From: a virus
IMG/VR virus record: IMGVR_UViG_3300008255_000002
Direction: 5' to 3' (one strand)
DNA: 64,000 nt
The notes beneath the pieces are model-generated. The model was not told the origin of the DNA. It saw nothing but the letters and a program-made list of their open reading frames with translations, and ran no database searches. Positions within the stretch are counted from its first letter, which is position 1; the number at the start of each line of letters is the position of its first letter. This document shows, one piece after another, positions 58,982 to 64,000 of the stretch. The translations under genes were made by a program, and so were the position numbers.

Positions 58982-60223
58982 TTATGCAACCTCTATAAAC
59001 CGAGAATCAACAAATTTAGACTTGACTTTTTGTGCGCGATTGACCATATTTGACCAATCATCCTTATCAAAATGAATCAGATTTCCGGCAATATTTTCAA
59101 TTTTAATACGATCCTTCGCATCAAAATTTTGTGCAGAACGAGTTAACCCATTAACAACTCCGAATAATGTATATCGTGAAGTATCAGCGGTATTAACTTC
59201 GTCCCGATATCCTTCAAGAGCCTTTGTTGCTTGCTTCTTATCTAAATTATATTCTTGTGAGATTACAGCAAAAATTGGTTTACTACTCATTGAAACACCA
59301 TCCCATTTCATACTTCTCACATTTAGCATTTTTTCAATTCCATCAGGAATCAATGGGATTTGTTTCTGAATACTCTCAATGATAACCTTCTCTAACTCAA
59401 TCAAATCTACTTTTTTACCTCTATGTATCTGATGGATACCAACACTCATCACTTGTCCCCAAATACATCCATTCATACAAATGGATCTAAAGATACTTGG
59501 GGTATTACCTAGGGCTTGTGTGCCAATTTGAGAATTAGAAACTGATACCATTCCACCATAATCAGAATCACTTTCTTCTCTAATTGTATCAGGAATTAAA
59601 ATATTCCCATTTAGATTATCTTCATCTCCGAACCAGTGAGATAACCGTGCGCCCGGCATTAAATTCGACCAGATATTAAAAAGCCATGAATTATCAACCG
59701 GCTTATATTCTGGTGATACAACAGTTCTTAATACATTTGTATCGTTATTAATCCTAAGAAGGAACTCCTTATCAGGTTTAACTCGATTATCTCTAAAACC
59801 ATTTTGAATAATAGAAACAATCAATTCGGTATCTTTATGATCTCTTTCATATACAACCCTTTTTGATACATTGTGTAGTTCAGGTTTTGTATACTTATCA
59901 ATAGTTGTAGAGCATCGCGCCCAACTTGCTAATTTCTTTAAAGAGAAATCATTTGTATATAAAGTGCGATCTGTAGGTAAGTGCCTAATCATAAAACGAT
60001 TATCATCACTTACTTCAAAAGACATTTCATTAGCTTTAACCGTCATATCTTCATGATATTTTTCATTTTCTAAAATTTGCTCCATTCCCCAATCAAACGA
60101 TTTTGTCTTATCATACCAAAGCCTACTAACCGCGCTAAAACCATCATTTTTTGCCATTGTTTGATGATCACGAACAAAATCACCAGACATTTTAGTATTT
60201 TCATTACCTTCAAGTTTTTCCAT
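58982..60223 (-). CDS. DUF932-like protein
   Basis: VS..YK..DN, SNS..G, R.IC.NG, H.G, TLFGVVNGLTR.AQ. Confidence 0.7.
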   Translation of the reverse strand: MEKLEGNENTKMSGDFVRDHQTMAKNDGFSAVSRLWYDKTKSFDWGMEQILENEKYHEDMTVKANEMSFEVSDDNRFMIRHLPTDRTLYTNDFSLKKLASWARCSTTIDKYTKPELHNVSKRVVYERDHKDTELIVSIIQNGFRDNRVKPDKEFLLRINNDTNVLRTVVSPEYKPVDNSWLFNIWSNLMPGARLSHWFGDEDNLNGNILIPDTIREESDSDYGGMVSVSNSQIGTQALGNTPSIFRSICMNGCIWGQVMSVGIHQIHRGKKVDLIELEKVIIESIQKQIPLIPDGIEKMLNVRSMKWDGVSMSSKPIFAVISQEYNLDKKQATKALEGYRDEVNTADTSRYTLFGVVNGLTRSAQNFDAKDRIKIENIAGNLIHFDKDDWSNMVNRAQKVKSKFVDSRFIEVA

Positions 60224-60370
60224 TTTTAAATTCCTTTAAAATTCTATCAGTGTAAATAATTTTAAGTTCTTTAATTCTAACCTTTATCAATTTAATACGA
60301 TCTTCATCCTCTATTTCGTATAAAAATCTTTCCAGATCTCTAATTCTATCTTCTAGTAATGATGTTGTCA

Positions 60371-60817
60371 TTATTCACCGTTGTATATAACATCTTGAAC
60401 ATTATCTGTAATCACGTTTTCAATCGCTTGATGATTTACATTCTCCATGCGTTTAGAAAGGTTAATTAAAGCACTGTTAACTAGAAACTCTTTGTTATTT
60501 TCGATGAAATGATCTCTTGTTTCATTTGCCCATTTAATAATATCTTTTATACCAGCGTTCTTTTTTAGTTTCTTGGGAATTTGTGCTTCTTTTGTAGGAT
60601 ATAATACGATATTTTCTATAACTTTATCTTTATAAGATTCTGGGATTTTGAATTGACTTATAGTGTTTGTCTTATTCTTTTGTTCTCCTTTTTTTACTTC
60701 AAAAACATATCCACATTCACAATCTGTTGTGCGAACACCAAGGAAAATTTTACATTGCGGGCATTGTTTGCGACCGCGACCTTTCTCTTGGATCTTGGAT
60801 ACTTTCTTTTGAGCCAT
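60371..60817 (-). CDS. Hypothetical zinc-ribbon protein
   Basis: RGRKQCPQC....GVR...C.CG..F; GGAG RBS. Confidence 0.65.
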   Translation of the reverse strand: MAQKKVSKIQEKGRGRKQCPQCKIFLGVRTTDCECGYVFEVKKGEQKNKTNTISQFKIPESYKDKVIENIVLYPTKEAQIPKKLKKNAGIKDIIKWANETRDHFIENNKEFLVNSALINLSKRMENVNHQAIENVITDNVQDVIYNGE

Positions 60818-60868
60818 AATAAATCTCCAATGACGATAGGGGTTAAGTGATGTGATTGACCCTACTTG

Positions 60869-60903
60869 ATTATAGCGCTTTTTTCTAAGATGTTTGGAAA
60901 AAA
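60869..60903 (-). promoter_or_regulatory. Putative promoter TCCAA-N-AAAAAGCGCTATAAT, copy 2
   Basis: Matches 47276-47310; TATAAT -10. Confidence 0.6.
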
Positions 60904-60971
60904 TCAGTCAAATAAAAAAGATCGTACTTTTAAACAGGAATAAAAAATCCTTGTGTTAGAGAGGGGAAAAA

Positions 60972-61184
60972 TTAATCTAGTTTCCAGTCTGGTCCGTGCG
61001 GTGTTTCAGGTTTTACTATAGCTAGAATGCTATCAAACTTCTCTTCGTTAGTCAATCCCTTTTTTTCTAAAAGTTGTCGAATATCGTATAAACACTTTTT
61101 TGTTTTTAAATATAATTCATTCTTTTCAGAATTAATTCTGTTCAAATTATCAATTTTATTTTGTATAATATTTAACTCTTTCAT
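60972..61184 (-). CDS. Hypothetical protein
   Basis: Operon-packed ORF. Confidence 0.5.
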   Translation of the reverse strand: MKELNIIQNKIDNLNRINSEKNELYLKTKKCLYDIRQLLEKKGLTNEEKFDSILAIVKPETPHGPDWKLD

Positions 61185-61447
61185 TGTGGTCTTTTATCCT
61201 TATTACTTCTAAAGTTATATTTGTCAAACCCTTTAATCTCAATCATATCTTCATTTGATATGTCTGGAATAGGCTTAACTTCTTTCTTTTTAACCCATTG
61301 ACATCCATTAGGAGTCGGTTTAACTCCCTTTGGAAAATATGCCATTCCTGCCCCACAACTATATATAACTTGTGGTGTTTTTGTTTTATTAGCCGCTGCC
61401 TGCGCGGTTGAACTTATAACTTGTAATGCGTGATCTTTTGAATCCAT
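61181..61447 (-). CDS. Hypothetical protein (start reassigned to MDSKDH)
   Basis: The longer ORF overlaps the tRNA-like gene. Confidence 0.5.
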   Translation of the reverse strand: MDSKDHALQVISSTAQAAANKTKTPQVIYSCGAGMAYFPKGVKPTPNGCQWVKKKEVKPIPDISNEDMIEIKGFDKYNFRSNKDKRPQ

Positions 61448-61469
61448 ATTTAATTTCTTATATTGAAAG

Positions 61470-61554
61470 TACAGCGTAAGGGAATTGAACCCATCGACAT
61501 CCTTCCCACTTTTTAATGTCATCACCTTAGAAGGGTGGTGTAGGGATACGCTGC
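61470..61554 (-). tRNA. D-armless tRNA-like RNA, anticodon UCU (Arg)
   Basis: 7-bp acceptor GCAGCGT/ACGCTGT; T-arm GGG-TTCAATT-CCC; CACC-CTTCTAA-GGTG; long extra arm. Confidence 0.65.
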
Positions 61555-61576
61555 ATATTGTTTTATGATAGTTCTG

Positions 61577-61948
61577 TTAGAAATCCTCACAATCAAAAAC
61601 AAAGAATAGATTAGATAACTCTTCTTCAAATTGTTCTTTTGTTAATTGTAAAAATCTATCAACTCTTCTTAGACTTTTAGTTAATGTTAAATCTCTTAAT
61701 TGATATGAATAAAGTTCTTCTGGTAGCAATGCGTGTAAATAACCAAGTAGAGAATATTTAAAACGATTAAAATTCAACATATTTGTTGTTTCTAATTCTC
61801 TTGCGGCTCTTGAGCACATCTTTTCAAGATAAAAAAATCTTGTTTCAGGTGGTTCCGCACACTGAAGAACCAATGTATCATATAACATTTCTGCTACTTT
61901 TTTTGCATATTGATTTGCATAATTTTTCGTTGGACCCATGCAAGGCAT
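61577..61948 (-). CDS. Hypothetical protein
   Basis: AAGGA RBS. Confidence 0.6.
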   Translation of the reverse strand: MPCMGPTKNYANQYAKKVAEMLYDTLVLQCAEPPETRFFYLEKMCSRAARELETTNMLNFNRFKYSLLGYLHALLPEELYSYQLRDLTLTKSLRRVDRFLQLTKEQFEEELSNLFFVFDCEDF

Positions 61949-61961
61949 TTTATTTTTCCTT

Positions 61962-62302
61962 GTGAACTACCGCTGGGCTAAAGACCCAGCGGCTTCTGTG
62001 CTTCGACGAGGGTCGCTCCCTAACGGAAGTCTAACACCCTCTCCACACGCTAACCCCGTAGTTCCTACGGTTCTGTATCGCTGACGCAATCCTTCCGCAA
62101 GGATGTTCACCGAGGCATTGTAGTCTCGGTCATGATGTTCCTTGCAACGAGGGCACGTCCATTCTCTGTCCGACAGCGTGAGTCCCTGATTGATGTAGTC
62201 GCATACATTACAAGTCTTGGACGACGGATACCAGCGGTCAATCCTGATGACCTCCCGTCCATACCACCCTGCCTTGTATTCTATCTGTCTCACCAACTCG
62301 TA
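61962..62302 (-). mobile_element. tnpB: IS200/IS605 3' remnant: truncated tnpB plus right end / omegaRNA region
   Basis: Abrupt GC rise; YKA.WYGR, PSSKTC..C, WTCP.C..HDRD.NA..NI; hairpin CCGCTGGG-N7-CCCAGCGG then TAGTTCAC end. Confidence 0.9.
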
Positions 62303-62508
62303 AATTTCTTATATTCATCAGATTCACCTAAAACATTATATATAGCTGAACTTCTATCCTTATAGTATCGGCACACTTCAATTTCTGGACAACCAGTTAA
62401 CGCGCGAACCATTTGATCTATACAATATTGTTTATGGTGTGTCTAATCAAACGTTTCAAGGTTTTGAGCTATAGCTAATGCATTTTTAATTTTATCTTTA
62501 TTTCTCAT
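62303..62508 (-). pseudogene. Phage gene with internal TAG, truncated by the tnpB remnant
   Basis: MRNKDK...FD*THHKQYCIDQMVRALTGCP...GESDEYKKF. Confidence 0.6.
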
Positions 62509-62653
62509 CAATTAATCCTTCAAAAAAATAAATAACCTTCCAATATCCAATATAAATAGTGCAAGGTTTAAACCCTGTTAGCACTAAGTATATCCTACTA
62601 TATTTTCCGTCAGAATCAAGAAAATTTCTGGGAAAATTTAATGTTCTGTTTCA

Positions 62654-63006
62654 TTATTTTAATTCAGTATTACATTCTAGTATATGAAATACGTTTTCTT
62701 TAAGTTCTTCTTGTAATTCCCACGCTTTTTCAAATGCTGTTTTTTCTTTTATTGTAGGTTTCCTTTTCCATATAACTATTAAATCTCCTTTATAATCATG
62801 TATCCTAATAATTTGTTTGAACGACGCTTTTTTTAAAAGTATTTGTAAACAACCATAAACAGTAAATAAACGATGTATTCTAGGTTTTTGATCTTCATAT
62901 TCAGAAAATATAATTCTGTATGGTGGGTCATAAGATTCTTCTTCTTCTTCCATACATATGTTAATTCCACCTATATTTGGATGATTGAAAATTTTTATAT
63001 ATTTCA
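62654..63006 (-). CDS. Hypothetical protein (start reassigned to MKYIKI)
   Basis: AAGGAG RBS; the longer ORF overlaps tRNA-Leu. Confidence 0.65.
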
Positions 63007-63060
63007 TTATATCTCCTTTTACGGAATATTTTAAATCTCTTATAAAAAGGTTTATATTAA

Positions 63061-63145
63061 TGCGGGCGACTGGATTTGAACCAGCACGATGATTGCTCAT
63101 CGGAAGATTTTAAGTCTTCTGCGTCTGCCATTCCGCCACGCCCGC
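63061..63145 (-). tRNA. tRNA-Leu(UAA), CCA not encoded
   Basis: GCGGGCG acceptor, TGGCGGAATGGCAGACGC D-arm, GAAGA-CTTAAAA-TCTTC, long variable arm, GGTTCAAATCC. Confidence 0.95.
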
Positions 63146-63362
63146 TAATTATACCACATTCATAATCAATTTATTTTACTTCATAATCTCTTAATACTTT
63201 TAACTAAACGAATCCTTTCATTCTTGAACCAAAAACTAATTTTCCAAATAGACAAATCTTTTTCTGCTGCTTTCATTGCGTCTGAAAAAGTATTATATGT
63301 GTTAATACCTGTTTCTTCGCTTCGTGTTTAAACATCAAATTCTCTCATGTTTTCTCCTTTTT

Positions 63363-63368
63363 GTGTAT
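63363..63368 (+). promoter_or_regulatory. GTGTAT motif upstream of the plus-strand HNH
   Basis: Orientation flips with the gene strand. Confidence 0.5.
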
Positions 63369-63418
63369 AGTTTAGTATTAGAACATAATTGTATTCATAC
63401 TAAGCTATAGGAAGTAAT

Positions 63419-63913
63419 ATGCCAACATGCCTTAAATGTAATATTAAATTCGGTAATAGATATTTGTTAGATGGAAAATATTATAATTTGCAAAAGAGAA
63501 AATATTGTATTAATTGTTCTCCTTTTAAAAAACATAATACAAGACAAATACATACCCAACCAATCAAACAAAATGAAGTAAAAATATGTGAACGATGCGA
63601 TAAAGAATACATATATATCAGGGCTAAAGGTCATACATTAAAACATTGTTCATCTTGTGTGACAACCTTGAGACGTTATAAAAGAAAAAAAGAATGGGTT
63701 GATTATAAAGGTGGCGGTTGTTGTATTTGTGGTTATAATAAATGTCTACAAGCATTAGACTTTCATCATATTAATCCAGATAAAAAGAAATTTGGTATAT
63801 CTAATTCATATATGAAATCAGATAAAGATATTTATAATGAACTAGATAAAACCGTATGTATTTGTAATAGGTGTCATATGGAATATCATGCAGGATTGAT
63901 TCAAATTAATTAA
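63419..63913 (+). CDS. HNH endonuclease between tRNA genes
   Basis: YKGG.C.ICGY..C..ALDFHH..P..K.F...EL.K....C.RCH.E.H. Confidence 0.88.
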   Translation: MPTCLKCNIKFGNRYLLDGKYYNLQKRKYCINCSPFKKHNTRQIHTQPIKQNEVKICERCDKEYIYIRAKGHTLKHCSSCVTTLRRYKRKKEWVDYKGGGCCICGYNKCLQALDFHHINPDKKKFGISNSYMKSDKDIYNELDKTVCICNRCHMEYHAGLIQIN

Positions 63914-63922
63914 ATCTTAAAA

Positions 63923-63993
63923 TCCGAGATTACGGTAACGCTCCGCCTACAAGCACTTATAAGGTGCCCCCTGACACTTGCCAGCCATCCCGG
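63923..63993 (-). tRNA. Atypical tRNA-Ile(UAU)
   Basis: Acceptor CCGGGAT/ATCTCGG; GGCAC-CTTATAA-GTGCT; non-canonical T-loop AGCGTTA; short D-loop. Confidence 0.65.
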
Positions 63994-64000
63994 TTACAAC

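Noticed and set aside
1372-62365. Numerous short plus-strand ORFs in the track (for example 3994-4299, 35179-35565, 57422-57727)
   Set aside because: Antisense shadows of well-supported minus-strand genes with no recognisable motifs.
62303-62508. In-frame TAG (and a TGA near 41390) suggesting stop-codon recoding
   Set aside because: Conserved long genes are intact in the standard code and no suppressor tRNA is seen; these are isolated pseudogenes.
62587-62619. Possible sigma70 promoter (TTGATT...TAGGAT/TATACT)
   Set aside because: Spacing is suboptimal and such hexamers are common in AT-rich DNA.

Overview
A 64-kb segment of a large, very AT-rich tailed-phage (jumbo-type) genome in the standard genetic code. 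Almost all genes are on the minus strand. Replication and recombination module (1-24 kb): SSB, a DnaE-type polymerase split into two separate genes carrying three inteins, a DnaQ-like exonuclease, a PD-(D/E)XK nuclease, primase, DnaB, RecA and PhoH. Nucleotide metabolism: GMP reductase fused behind an HNH domain, MazG, dNMP kinase, intein-containing class II RNR, deaminases and ThyX. A protease/membrane-protein block (28.8-35.6 kb) may be a lysis module. An accessory region holds a ROT/TROVE-like-TerD protein preceded by two tandem, covarying ~70-80 nt hairpin elements; this is the best candidate for an undescribed RNA-protein system. A plus-strand cassette (47.8-53 kb) encodes Cys-rich proteins, a sulfotransferase-radical SAM fusion and a plant-type RGP/UDP-arabinopyranose mutase homolog. 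Also present: RlaP-like nucleotidyltransferase, SpoU methylase, NADAR, macrodomain, PRTase and a sigma-like gene; an IS200/IS605 tnpB 3' remnant; and three tRNA(-like) genes (Leu-UAA, atypical Ile-UAU, D-armless Arg-UCU-like). There are many intact and decaying homing endonucleases. All family assignments come from motifs recognised by eye; no database search was run.
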